From the NCBI RefSeq assembly GCF_009914755.1, contig NC_060942.1: a DNA stretch of 64,000 bases. One strand, given 5' to 3'. A program made the position numbers and the translations under genes. The stretch's first letter is position 1. Every line of letters begins with the position of its first letter. This document shows positions 45,000 to 57,696 of this stretch, piece by piece. The DNA comes from the human T2T-CHM13v2.0 reference genome, Homo sapiens. The notes beneath the pieces are model-generated. The model did no database searches. It worked only from the letters and a program-made list of their open reading frames with translations, and was not told the origin of the DNA.

Positions 45000-45990
45000 C
45001 CCAACCACATGTCCTCAGCTGAGTGAGCTAGTGCAACCTCAGAGAAAGTTCTGAAGCAGAAGGCACTGGAGGTCACATACTGCCACATACACAAGAACTG
45101 TCTGCCATACCTGCTGCTGAAATCAGGGTGGGTGGCAGGGCATGATGTGGGGCACCGCCCATGTCTGCTGGCCAATCTCTTGCAGATCTCAGCTCTACTT
45201 ATGTCCACATTGGGTCGACTTTTTCACAGATTCACCCATCCTGGAGCACTTATGAGATGCCCCCATGAATTCCCTGGGTTCCAGATATGGTCCTCCAGGT
45301 TGCATAGTAGCAGGAACAATAAGTAGCTGTTCATGATAATAGAATTGATTTCCCATGTTCATATAGAAACTTCTTTTGCCTGCTGTTATCTCCTCTTGAA
45401 GAGACCAAATTGTCCAGGCTTCAGACTTGCTTTAGTTTCCATGGACATCTTACTGTGCCCAGGTTGAAGCAATGTTCTGCTGAGAACAAGAATTTTCTAT
45501 CCATTGGAGCTTAGACTTGCAAGATTGGTGAGTCACTGTGAGTGATGTTGAAAGGGCCAATCCTTCTTTTACCCCTTAATTCTTGGACCCATGAAGTCTG
45601 ACTGTCAGAGACACAACACTCTATATCAGCCAGTAGCTCAGTGCATAGACTCCATCCTGAAAGACAGCATCCCCAAGCTCACACCCTTTTGGAACCTTTA
45701 CTATGTCATTCCAACATTCTTACTGCTTCCAGGTAATGGGAAGTATAAGGAGAACCACTGTATCTCATACTTCCTTTGCCATAAATGGGTCCTCTGAGGC
45801 AATACCGTGGAATCTGGAATCTGATGCCTATAAATGAAGCACTCAGCGCTCAAGCAGTAATGCTTGCAGATGTGCTGCAGGTGTGGAATGCAAACCCAAA
45901 TCTGGTATAGATGGCAGTTCCATTAAAGATGAATCACTCCTCCTTCCAGGGTTGAGTGTACGTAGCATAACTTATCTGCCATCAAATGGC
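45000..45990 (-). mobile_element. Possible decayed ERVL/MaLR internal fragment
   Basis: Phrases such as CCATAAATGGGTCC, GCAATACCGTGGAATC, GATGAATCACTCCTCCTTCCAGGGT resemble antisense ERVL-type internal sequence; weak recall only. Confidence 0.35.
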
Positions 45991-45999
45991 TGGCAGCTC

Positions 46000-47445
46000 A
46001 AATGTATCCAAAACAGGGCCCCTGATATTCTCCCTCAATCTTCCCCACCTCAGATAACGGCAACTCCATCCTTCCAGTTGTTCAGCACAAAAATCTGAGA
46101 TAAACCTTGACTCCTCATTTTTCCTCATGTTCTACATCCAACCTGTAACAAATCACGTTGGCCCGGCTTTCAAAATATATTCAGAACATGGCTTCTCCTT
46201 CTCCATGGCCACCATCCCAAACTTACCCTCATCCACTTTCACCTGGATAGCATCTTAGTTGATCCTGTGCTTTTGTCCTCAGCCTGTGGGAGTCTATTTC
46301 CATTTGTTTCCTGTTAAAACAAATCACAGCATGTAATTCCTTGGTTCAAAGTCTTCCAATGGCTCCCAGTCTCAGAGAAAAAGCCAAAGTCCTTACAAGG
46401 GCATATATCCCTAGGTGATGAGTCCTTGTGGAAGACAGACTGTAAGGTGGCCTCATGATCCTCTCTCCTGGTGTTCATGCTGCTGTGTGATCCCCTTCCT
46501 TGAGTGTGGGTGGAATCCATGGCTGCCTTCTAACCAATAGAATACAGCAAAATGATGGTGGTTACTCTTTTGATTACATTATCTACCATTACCTCTTGCT
46601 AGCAGACTCTCTCCCTCTCTTGCTGGCCTTAAGAAAGCAAGCTGCCATGTTTTTATCTGCCTATGGAGCGGGCCATGTGGCAGGAAATTCTGTGCAGCCT
46701 CTAGAAGCTGAAGGTGGCCTCTGGCTGACACCCAGTAAAACAATCTTAAAGCTCTCAATTCTATAGCTGCAAGCAAGTGAATTCTGCCAACAACATGAAT
46801 GAACTTAGAAGACAACCTTCCCTGGTTGAATCTCCAGTGAGACTGCAGCCCACTCTACATCTTGATTGCAGCCTTGTGAGACCTGAGCCAAGGGCCCTGT
46901 GATGAATCCCTGACCCATGGAAACTAAGACCATAATCAATGGGTATTGTTTTGAGCCTCCCAGTTTGTGGTAACTGATTATGCAGTGATAAATAACTACT
47001 GCAGTCCTACTACTTCTCTGATCACATCTCCTTCCACTCTACCCTTTCATCCACTCTGCTTGAGCCCACAGGTCTCTTTGCTGTGTCTCAAAAGAGCCAG
47101 GCACATGCCCATCACAAGGCCTTTACATTCTTGTGTTCTCTCAGCTTGGAATGCTCTTCCCTCCGATGTACACATGGTTTTGTACTCACTGATTTCTTGT
47201 TTTCGCCCAAAAGCTATCTTATCAGCAAGCCTTCCCTGGCCACCTTATCTAAAATTTCCCATCTCCCTCTCTTTTCATTACTTTCTTCCCTCCTTTATTT
47301 TTTTGCCTTTAGCATTTATCGTCCTCTAACTTACTATATATTTTAATGATTTCTCTTGCTTATTGTCTATTTTTCTCTCACTAGAATGATAGCTCCACCA
47401 GAATGGGGATTTCAGTCTGTTATGCTCCCTGTTGTATTTTGTGCC
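46000..47445 (+). mobile_element. L2, split by MLT1 LTR
   Basis: GGCAACTCCATCCTTCCAGTTG, CTTCCAATGGCTCCCA, CACTAGAATGATAGCTCCA. Confidence 0.7.
46427..47003 (+). mobile_element. MLT1F-like MaLR solo LTR
   Basis: TGTGGAAGACAGACTGTAAGGTGGCC...CTTCTAACCAATAGAATA...AATTCTGCCAACAAC; 5-bp TSD GTCCT at 46422-46426 and 47004-47008. Confidence 0.87.
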
Positions 47446-48272
47446 CAGTGAGTCCAGTCAGTGTGGTTGTGTGAGTCTTTGCTGCCACACTGAATTGCTC
47501 TGCAGCAGGTACAGATTTAGAGGATATCTAGGCTTAGCCAGGGTCAGAATATGATAAGGAGATTGAAAAGGCAATAGGGCGCTGCATGTTTTCCAGGGAG
47601 AGGTTATGGTGCTGGATCATCAAGCCCAGGAGAGAAATGAGGATGTGAAGGAAGCAGGGCATGACAGAGAGGTAGGGGCCAGTGGCTCGGAGGTCTCATT
47701 AAATTCAGGGAACTCGTAAGGTAGGCTGACTGGATGTGCTGAAGGATAGGAGGTAATTGCTGGAAATAAGATGTTTGCACTCATAATATTGGGAATGTGC
47801 TTGGTGATAACAAGGTCTAGGGCATGCTTTGTGAGTGGGTGGTTGAGGTGAGATGGAATAAGAGATTATTGGCTCTAAAAGATAAGGAACTGAATGACCA
47901 GGGTGTTAGATGGAACATTTATTAAATTCTGAAATCTCCAAGAATGATGGTAGGGTTGAAAACGAAGTGATTCAAGTGTTCAATTCATCAAAAAATGAGA
48001 GGAGATAACAAAGAGATTGGTAATGGATAGCTCAGATCTAGGAAGTTTCTAAGGGGGAAAAGCAACCTTCACCTGAACATTGTGGGAAGCACAATCCTTG
48101 GGGTATAGACAGGTTTCCCTCAGAACAGGCATCAAGAAACCACCACTCCTGGGCCAAGTGTGGCCCACCCCCAGGTTTTGTAAATAACATTTTATTGTAA
48201 CACAGGCACACTCATTTGTTCACATATTTTCCATGGCTGCTTTTGTGCTAGAATAACAAAATTAAGTAATTG

Positions 48273-48898
48273 TGTCGGGGCATTAGAACCAGGATGACTC
48301 AATCTTGAATAAGACCTCGGTAAAATAAGGCTGAGACCTACTGGGCTGCGTTCTCAGGAGGTTAGGCATTCTTGGTCACTGGATGAGATAGGAGGTCGGC
48401 ATAAGATACAGGTCACACAAGATACGGGTCACACAGACCCTGTCAATAAAACAGGAGGCAGTAAAGAAGCTGGCCAAAACCCACCAAATCCAAGATGGTG
48501 ACAAAAGTGCTCATTATACACTAACTATAATACATTCACATGCTAAAAGACACTCCCACCAGCACCATGGCAGTTTACAGATGCCATGGCAACATCCGGA
48601 AATTATTCTATATGGTCTGAAAAGGGGAGGAACCCTCAGTTCCTGGGAAAATCCCACCTCTTTCCCAGAAAACTCATGAATAATCCACCCCTTGTTTAGC
48701 ATATGATCAAGAAATAACCATAAAGATAACCAACCAGCAGCCCTCGGGGCTGCTCTGCCTATAGAGTAGCCATTCTTTTGTGTTCTTTACTTTTCCAATA
48801 AACTTGCTTTCACTTTACAGACTCACCCTGAATTCCTTCCTGCACAAGATACAAGCACCCTCTCTTGGTGTCTGGATTGGGACCCCTTTCAAGTAACA
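48273..48898 (+). mobile_element. MER41B ERV1 solo LTR
   Basis: GGCTGAGACCTACTGGGCTGC, CATGGCAAC, B-type segment AACCCTCAGTTCC...GAAAACTCATGAATAATCC, AATAAA at 48797, 3' end GGGACCCCTTTC..GTAACA. Confidence 0.9.
48640..48670. promoter_or_regulatory. Tandem STAT-type motifs in MER41B (TTC-N4-GAA and TTC-N3-GAA)
   Basis: TTCCTGGGAA at 48640-48649 and TTCCCAGAA at 48662-48670; motif match only. Confidence 0.5.
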
Positions 48899-51063
48899 AT
48901 GACAATGGAGATGATGTGGCCTGCAAAGCCTAAAATATTTACTATCTGGCCCATTACAAAAAAATGTTTTCCAACTCCCGAGTTAGAGCAAGAAGCGGAA
49001 TGGAATATTTAGGTGAGAGGTTGAAGATACACTGGGACTTTATTGATGATGAACTATGAATTGCAAAGGGACATTTTGGAATAATTTGGGAGGATGGAGA
49101 TGGGTGGGAATGAGGTTAGATTAGAGAATATTCAGAACAATCCAGCCAGTGGTGGTGATATTCAGACATGGACTCTGATGGTGACTGAGGCAGCTGGGTA
49201 GGTGGAAGGCTTGATGGGCTGAACTCCAAGGTGGGAGGACTTTGCTTTGAGGGAGGTGCTGAGGCAGCCAAGGAGCCTGCACAACTCAAAGCCTTAGAGA
49301 GGATGACTTGCCCTCAGCTGATGCCCGGGATCATGCAGCTGGGAACATCTCTGGGGTCCTGCGGCTCCTGGGAACGCTGGCAGGGTTCCTAGATGATAGA
49401 GGAAGAGAAGGAAAGAGAGAGAGAAAGGCAGGCAAGCAAACAGGCAAGCAATATAAATAAAAGCAAAAATGACAACGCTGTGTTCATATACATTAGTTCA
49501 AGAAATTCATAAACCATATAAAATATTAGCATGCCTTTCATATTTAAAAGCCTCTTTATGACCTTTGATGATCAAAGAAATAAATATTATCAGTGCTAAG
49601 GCCTATTCTGGGTCCTAAAAATCTGTGGTTCGGTGACAGCCAAGATACATGGCTGTCTTATTCCCTTTCAATGTATTGTCACTGTAATTAACTACCCACA
49701 TCCTAAACAGGGCTTAGAGTGCTTCTTTCAAACTTGCCGGAGCTGGCATCAAAACTCTTGCAGAGTAAATGAGTAACACATGGCCGCTGGCTAACCCTGG
49801 CAGGCAGAACTGCTCTCCCTGTTTCTGCCACAGGCAGCTTTTCCCCATCTTCCATCAGAATGATGCCGGGAAGGCATTTCTTTTCCTTTCTTTCCACTCT
49901 GCTAAGATCCGTGCTCCACTGCTCCAAGTCCTCCTCTCTTCTTGCTTCCCATGAGGATGTACAATTTTGTTATACCCCCAGAGAAACTTAACCCAAAATC
50001 TCAGTAGGTAACTGCCAATTCTAGAATACTCCACTAGTTAATGACTGCATTTTAATGCATTTCCTTTTTTTAAGGGTAGAACAAACCCCCTCCCTTCTCT
50101 TTCATTTGGGGAGCTGCCTGCTGAATTTGCATACTGTTAAATATTTCTCATAGCTGCTGTCTTTAGCAAAGGTTTTTCCCTTATTCATTTCTTTACACCA
50201 AATGGCCACCCCAACCAGGAAAAATAAAAACAACATTCTGAAAAGGAAATTTAATAACAATTTTGAGCACAGTTGATATGGTTTCATCACAGAACCCCTG
50301 ACATTCCACAGGGAAGAAACCTAATTTAAGGGCGGAGAGTAAAGTAACTCTGATAGCCAAAAGTTCTGAGAGCCAAAAGTGACATCTAAAAATAATATTT
50401 GTAAATGTACCCAGAGGCTATTGCATGATGGGCACCCACACGGGAGCAGGGCTCTAGGCATCTGCCTGTGCCTCAGGCTGCTTATGTTGATTGGGCGAAA
50501 ATATCAATGGCATTCTTTCACCTAAGGCTTCTACCATCATTCCCCCCAGCTACAAATATAACTCCCAACCTAAGGATCAGACTGACTCTCTCACAAAGGA
50601 TGTCTTCCATCCCCTTTGTGGGTAAGCCCACCCTTTGCTGCAGTGCACTGTCCCTTCTTTTTGGGGCCATTGAATTTCTGCCATCATTCTTCTAGCTGCT
50701 GTCTCTTGTGTTATTAAATGTATTTTTTCTTTATTTCCTCATTTCTGTGGGTTTTCTATACCTTTCCTGCCTCCATTACTTTGGGCTTTGGAACCCCAGA
50801 GGAAGAACAGTTAATTCTAGTGTGGGAGCTCTTGGGAAAACTTACATCCAGGGAAAGTCAACAGTGAAGTCAAAGTCACAGAGAGAGTGCACTTGGCATG
50901 TTCTGAGACCTATAAGCAGTTTATTGGGACTAAAGCAAAGGATATATATCACGGATCAGGTTAGCCTTTACCCTAGAGGCAGTGGTCAACTGTGAAAGAG
51001 TTTATGTCAGTGATACAGCTAAATCTATGCTGTGGAAAAAATTATCTTTCTATTATGGAGATC

Positions 51064-51630
51064 TGTAATTGTTATCTATGGCTGCATAACAAATTATCCC
51101 AATATTTAGAGACTTGAAACAACAAAAATTTACTATCTTAAGTTTCTGTGGGTTAGGAATTCAGCACAGGTAAGCTGGATGTCTCTCTTCAAAGTCTCTC
51201 CCAAGGCTGCAATTAAAGTTTCAGCCAGGATCAGAGTTCTCTCAAGGCTTGATGAGGGGAAGATCCAGTTCAACATAACTCAAATGGTGGTTGGTAGGAT
51301 TCAGTTCTTACAAGGCTTGGACTGATGGCCTTAGTTGCTCACTGGCTGTAGCCGGGAGGCTACCTGGGTTCCTTGACACTATGGGCTTCTCCGTATAGAA
51401 GCTCACAATATGGCACCTAGCTCCACCAAGAGTGTGCAGGTAAGAAAGCAAGAGACGGCAAGTAAGACAGAAGCCAGTCTTTTTGCTACCTGCTCTTCAC
51501 GAGGGACAGTTTATTGTTTTTGGTGTATTCTGTCCATTTGAAGCAAGTCACTACCAGCCCACACTCAATGGGAAGGGATTACACAAGGACATGAATACCA
51601 GGAAGTAGAAATCATTGGAAGTTGTTAAAA
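51064..51630 (-). mobile_element. MLT1 (F/G-like) MaLR LTR
   Basis: GTTATCTATGGCTGCATAACAAATTATCCCAA...CCCACACTCAATGGGAAGGGATTACACAAGGACATGAATACCAGGA. Confidence 0.8.
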
Positions 51631-52227
51631 AATAATAGGAGGAGAACCAGGAGAGAATGATGTCTACAGGCCAAGGAAGAAGAGGATTTCAAGGAGTGGA
51701 AAGTTGTATATGGCGCAGAGGTGGCAGTGCCCTCCAGCCAAAGGCTACCAGGAAGACACTTAGAGTTGAACAAGTTGGGCTTATCTCTTGTTGCAGGCAG
51801 GGAAGACATACACCAGCGTAATTATGGCGTGTCTCAGTAAGATGTGTGACAACCTATTATAAGATCTGGGCTTTGGTTGGGTGATTTAGGAGGTGTCGAA
51901 GGAAGCAGGGGCATACCCTGAATTGGGTACTTTCAGGAGTACAACAATTCTGTGATTGGGTATCTCAATAAATCTTATGTGTAGAGAGGGACAATTAGAA
52001 AGAGGATAAAATTGTAATTGGTAAAGTAGCAGTCACTCGTTTTGGCTGGGAGAGGGGGTGTTTGGTATTTTGTGGGTGACACAGCGACCTTGCTTTTATC
52101 TCTTCTTAGACAAAATGACAAACTGGACTTGCTTTGACTCATTTTACCACAGTCTCAGGGTAGGCTTGTTTGAGGTTGGTATTCTGTGACGTTGTTTATG
52201 TCTAATAGGAAATTAACACATCCTAGC

Positions 52228-52743
52228 TGTGGGATATGATGAGGTTTCTCTTCAAATAGCCTGACCAATCCTTTATTCTTTAATTCATAGTAATCCACAC
52301 CCCCCCCCCACCCCTTTTCCTTTTTTTCTCTTTTCTGCCTTTGTTACATGCCGGGACAAGCCACAGTACCAGGCTTATCAGTACCAGCTCACATTCCTTT
52401 CCTTATTTGGAAAGAAAACTAGCTCTCTAGCTCATTGCAGACACCCCTTCCTCTTCTTCTTTTCCCTCTCTCCCTTACGTGCCCACCTGATCTAAAAAAA
52501 GTTCAAATGTCTAGCCAACCGTGATTAGTTCAGATTGTGCGACCCGACCCCGGCCAATGGGGAAAGCGTACAGGGGCAGGACTTGTGTCAGGAGTAAAGG
52601 CTCTCATGCCCCTTTGTTCAGGTGTGCTCTCATGGCGACTGGCCAAGGGGAAGCACCCCTCTGCGTAGAAGTAAAATTGCTTTGCTAAGAATCCTCTGTT
52701 TGAGTGTTCAGTCTCCCTAGGATTTTGAGTGTTATTCCCAACA
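52228..52743 (+). mobile_element. LTR10-family (D/E-like) ERV1 solo LTR
   Basis: TGTGGGATATGATGAGGTTTCTCTTCAAA...AGTAAAATTGCTTTGCTAAGAA...TTATTCCCAACA; perfect 5-bp TSD CTAGC at 52223-52227 and 52744-52748. Confidence 0.88.
52344..52363. promoter_or_regulatory. p53-response-element-like 20-mer in LTR10
   Basis: TTACATGCCG-GGACAAGCCA, both CWWG cores intact, zero spacer, 4 flank mismatches to RRRCWWGYYY x2. Confidence 0.45.
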
Positions 52744-53297
52744 CTAGCTATGAGTGCCAGGCCAGCTTCGGAATGTCAGGGGTTGCTTTTTTTTTCCATT
52801 CTCAGCGGTCAAATAAAAAGAGGCCATTGATAGGGCAATTAAGACAAGTAGTGGTTAAGAACATGACTCTGGAGCCAGCGTTGAGATTACAATAGTATCT
52901 ATCTTATTGTCTGTTAAGAGGATTCATGAGTTAAAATATATATAAAGTATTTAGAACAAAGTTGGCAAATAAGTACTGTAGAAACGCTGATGATCAGTAT
53001 CATATATGATCCTTGAAGGAGCAATTTCATTAGAGTGGGAGAAGGGAGAAGGCAGACCGCACTGATCAGAGATAAATAGAGGTTGATGAAGTAAGGTCAG
53101 CATGTGCCCAAGACCCCTTCAAGAGGAATCTTGACAGGGAAATCTGGAAACCAAGCAGAAGAGGAAGGGAAATGGTTTATCAAGGTCAGCATAGAGCAAT
53201 GCTTCCCAATGTGTGTTAGAAATGCAAAATCTCAAGCCTCACCCCAAATTTGCATAATCAGAAACACTAAGTTATAAAAAGCCTTAGAGGTGATTCT

Positions 53298-53481
53298 TTT
53301 TTTTCCCCGAACAGCTTTGTTGTAGTAAACTTGACATAAATTGCACCTATTTAAAACACACAATTTGGAAGTTTTACCACATGCACACACCATAAACCAT
53401 CACCACAGTCAAGATAATGAACATATTTTTCACCCCTTGGTAGCCCCTCAGTCCTGTCTGCCTTGCCCCACCCTCCCCACA
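53298..53481 (-). mobile_element. Short L1MB-like 3' end inside a MER5-like MITE
   Basis: AACAGCTTTGTTG...ATAAATTGCACCTATTTAAA...CATCACCACAGTCAAGATAATGAACAT; flanked by TGATTCT at 53291-53297 and 53482-53488. Confidence 0.7.
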
Positions 53482-54339
53482 TGATTCTGATACTAGTATG
53501 TGAAGATCAAAATTAATTGTCATTAAGAAGTCCTAGAGTCACAGCTCAAAAACCAGTAATAAAGATGAAATCCTAACAGCGAGGAAAGGAAGGAAATAGG
53601 AAGTAAGCAGCAAGATCAGTGTCTGCAAAAGGCAGCCTGGCCTTACAGAGCAGGTGCTCCTATTCTTTCTCCAGGTGGCCCGTTCAGGAAGTAGTGGGGC
53701 CACCACTCACACACTTCTGCCAGGAAAGTGTTTCAACTCCATGTCTCTGATTATGATATTTTCTGTCTCAAAAAACCTTTTATGGTTTCCCTTTGCTATA
53801 ACATGTAGTAAAAAACAAAAAAGGAGACAAACAGCAACAAAACTTTCTTAGCCTGGCTTTTTGACGTCATGCAATCTGGCTTCATTTGCCCTTCCAATGT
53901 AACCTCTCATCCTTTCCACTCCAGATTGTTTGCTCTGATCCTGTACCATGGGTTTGCCCCGGTTCTGCATAATGAATTGCCTCTCCAGTTTCTCTTTCCT
54001 AGCTGTGCCTTACCTTAACCCTCTTCTCAGTGCTCCCCACTCCTCGATGTGATTAATACCTGTCTATTTAAATGCTGCCATTTCTTGGTGCTCCCTGATC
54101 GCACATCTGGGAATCATCTGGTTTTGCTCTGAATGTTCATATCAGATATGATGTCATTCTTGTTGAAAGTGGCAGATTCTTAAAGGCACGGATTGTGAGT
54201 ATCTCATCTTTGCATCTTAGTACCTAACACACTGGAAAATAGGGGAAATTCACTAAATGTTTGCGAATGAGTGAATGGATGATCATGCGAATTTGACTGG
54301 AACTATTTGTCTTTCATTTACATGACTGTATTAGGAGAC

Positions 54340-54598
54340 CAGGGTTTCTCAACCTTGGCACTTTTGACATTTTAGGCTGGATCAACCTTTCTTTTGAGAG
54401 CTGTCCCCTGCATTATTGGATATTGAGCAGCTTCTCTGCCATCTGCACACCAGATGCCAGTAGCACTGCTTTCCCAGTATGACAAGCAAAAATGTTTCAG
54501 GCATTGTCAAATTTACCCTGTTGTGTGTCTGTGTCTGTGTGATCAATTGGGGACAGGGGAGGAGTGTGCAGGGAACGGCCCTGGCCCTGGTTGAGAAT
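54340..54598 (+). mobile_element. MER20 MITE
   Basis: CAGGGTTTCTCAACCTTGGCACT..TGACATTTT...AGATGCCAGTAGCAC...GGCATTGTCAAAT...CCCTGGTTGAGAA. Confidence 0.82.
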
Positions 54599-54894
54599 TT
54601 TTTTTGCTTTTTTGAGACGGAGTTTCACTCTGTCTCCCAGGCTGGAGTGCAGTAGTGCGATCTTGGCTCACTGAAACCTCTGCCTCTGGGATTCAAGCAA
54701 TTCTCTGCCTTAGTCTCCCAAGTAGCTGGGATTACAGGTGCCCATACCATGCCCAGCTAATTTTTTTAAGATTTTTAGTAGAGATGGAGTTTCACCATCT
54801 TGGCCAGACTGGTCTCAAACTCCTGACCTCATGATCCACCCACCTCGGCCTCCCAAAGTGCTGGGATTACAGGTGTGAACCACCACGCCTGGCC
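54599..54894 (-). mobile_element. AluS
   Basis: Full dimer; TSD GAGAAT at 54593-54598 and 54895-54900. Confidence 0.93.
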
Positions 54895-57601
54895 GAGAAT
54901 CTTGAACATAACGGTTTTCCTATAAAATATTAAGAGAAGGAAAGTGACAACGATCTATTCAGGTTAAGGAAAGAAGGAAAATATTTAACACCTGGAACCC
55001 TTCCTCAGCCCTAGGAAACTCTATACTTTTCTAAGTGGATTCCTCCCATTTTCCCTTCTCCCTCCCCTTCCCTGCTGCATAGTACTTTATTCTAATAGAC
55101 TGTCAATCAATCCCTGCTAACATCAAAGGAAAACACATCACAAACTAGAGTAGCAAAGCTTTAAGAATGGAATGACTTTAGGTAAGTGGGTATTTTGAAA
55201 TAAGGTGTCCTGTAATATTCCTCAAACTGAGCTATGCAAGGTACCGCTTACTTTATCTCCTGATAATGCCTGCTGTGTATGATATATGACCATCTGTCCT
55301 CAGCAACTGAAGATGGTAAATCACTTCCTCGCATTTGTTATGAGATAAGACGTTTACCATCTTGACTTCATGTGGACAAGTTCTGAAAGTGACAAAGTCA
55401 GAAAACACGGATTCATGCTCCATTTTTCTGAACAATCTAGATCTTCACAATCTTAGGTATTTCCTCTTTCATCTTGTGGATCCAATCTTCTTTTAAATAC
55501 ATTCATTTTCTTCCTCATTACAATATGATATATGGTGTTCATTTGGCAAGTCTAATTCAATGAACGATTTGTTCGATGGACTATTAAAATAAAATAACGG
55601 CCTGTTACCCTCAGCCTCTCTTAGATCACTCAATGTCCTCAGCGTACCACCCTCTGACCCCACGTTCCACCCTCCTCTACTATAGATAGGGTGCTCCTCT
55701 CTCCTTTATAGCCTCTTCTGCCCACTTCTCTCTTTTCATTTTCAATCTATTTTTCACTGACATTTTCCTTTGATCCCTTTATGCTTTACAGACCCTTTGT
55801 CTCTGTTATCATACCTAGCTTCTCTCTGTTATGTGCTTCAATTTCAAATCACTGGGAACACAAGCTGTATATCACTGTTTCCCTCCTTAAGTCACAAAGC
55901 AAAGGGAAAAGAAAAAGGAAATTGTCATTCTGCCTGAGTGAAACGTTATTCATGCAGTTAGTCAGTGGGTTCGTTGTTTAAAACCAGCTGGAGTGAACAC
56001 TGGACATGATCATGTCAATGGGAGAACTTCTGATGCAAATGAAAAGCATATGCTTGGGGGAAATGCCTGGAAAAATATGGTAAGATGCCCATCAGTAGGA
56101 AAACCAAACTGGTACTCTCATTGTTTTGAAATCATAACAATACTTAGCTTTCCACAGAATAGTAGAGTGTTTCCTTCACATAATGACTTTGGATTTATGT
56201 ATTAATTCTGAATGTGTCTCAAACATCTGGGAAGTATCTTTGATTTTGGTCATTAATTAGTGGTAAGGTATTCAGCTAGCTGAAGTCAGAGTGCCTCTAG
56301 AAAGTCGGCCCCCATGTGAAGGATTCTGCCATTTCATGTGGTCACTTGTGTCTTTATCCATCTGTTTCTTTCTCTCGTCGTTAGGAGGAGTATCTATCAC
56401 TGGAAATGGCACAAACCCTAAGATATGCAGAAATGGACATATAACCAGAAATGTGGATTTGAATGTATACATGATAGCAGGCTAGCAAATGTTACAAACC
56501 AGTTCTGGGAGCAGTGATCCACTGTTCATCCCTAAAAAAGCATGAAGCTCTCTCCCAGTGGCCCTCTATTCTTTGAACTCTCTTATTGCCTTGTCACCTT
56601 CCCTGATTACATATGCAGCCTGCAGAACCTAGAAGGAAAGAGATTCCAGGTTCTTACTCCTGACCAGAAAGTCTTTTCATGACAAAACAAAAAAAACACT
56701 TATTTATCTCTTCTAACCCCAGGGAAGCTGAGAGCTTGACAGACGAGCAAGTTTAGAACGGCAAATGTGCTTTGCCTAAGACTGAAAGGTGATGGCAACT
56801 TTTGCAAATATGGAATGAATTGCATACTAGAGCTGATCAGAGAACCAGAGGGAAAATAGGGAGACTTTATGAATTTCTCCTGAGTAGATCTTCACAAGGG
56901 CCTCAGCATCTCACTCACTATGAATTCCCTGAATAGCAAATGCACACAAATTCATCCTGCAGTCCAAAATTCATTTTCCAAAACCAAATAGGAATAATTT
57001 TGAATATCTATAACTCTATCATCTACTAATAAAAGTGAAGATATTTTTGGACATTTTTTAAACTAGGCTGATTTCTTAAAATTTATAATTTCATAATATA
57101 ATATAGAAAGGGGCATATATCTATAAAAAATAACCTCATCTTTATTATGACATTGACATTTCTCTTCATGAAGAGGAGGAAGATAATGCGAATAGTATTT
57201 TAGCCTTTCTCCCTTATGAACTCTGAGCTCATAAAGATAAATGTCATAAACAGAGATTAGCAATCATGGGGCATATATTACAAGGGATTTCATTTTGATC
57301 TGGCAGGAAGTATTGCTTTGTGATATTTTAGAAATTATTATAAAATTTTGGAGATTTTTTGCTTTTAATGTTAGCTTTTCAGCAGATGTAGTATTTTCTT
57401 TCTCTATTCTCACATGATCCTTGTTCCTCTCCTTTTTCTTTCTTTGAATTGGATTTGTTTTGTGAGGCCATATTTCTATCAGGTGCTTATAAATATTCTA
57501 TTTTCTACCTCTTTCCTCATTTTCAGTCATAATGGATCCTTGAATTGCAACCTCGTGGGAAGCAAGATTCCTGGTCCATAATCTCTGGTAGTCTTTCTGA
57601 T

Positions 57602-57696
57602 ATTCTGAGGTAAAAATTATTACCTCAGAATTATTAATTATTAAATTAAATAATTATTAAATTAATTAAATTATTAAATTATTGAAATTATTACCT
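57602..57696. repeat. 12-bp inverted repeat followed by AT-rich low-complexity expansion
   Basis: ATTCTGAGGTAA-AAATTA-TTACCTCAGAAT then repeated AAATTATT-like units. Confidence 0.9.

Larger units (their letters stand above)
48126..48980 (+). mobile_element. MER58A MITE, split by MER41B
   Basis: TTTTGTAAATAACATTTTATTG...CATGGCTGCTTT before and GGCCTGCAAAGCCTAAAATATTTACTATCTGGCCC after the LTR. Confidence 0.8.
51745..52804 (-). mobile_element. Older LTR (MER76/LTR47-like), split by LTR10
   Basis: Minus strand begins TGAGAATGG...GCAACCCCTGACATTCCGAAGCTGGCCTGGCACTCATAGCTAG and resumes past the inserted LTR; family name uncertain. Confidence 0.55.

Noticed and set aside
56355-56485. Acceptor-like TTTCTTTCTCTCGTCGTTAG followed by short open frames
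   Set aside because: No convincing donor or poly(A) signal nearby and no recognisable peptide
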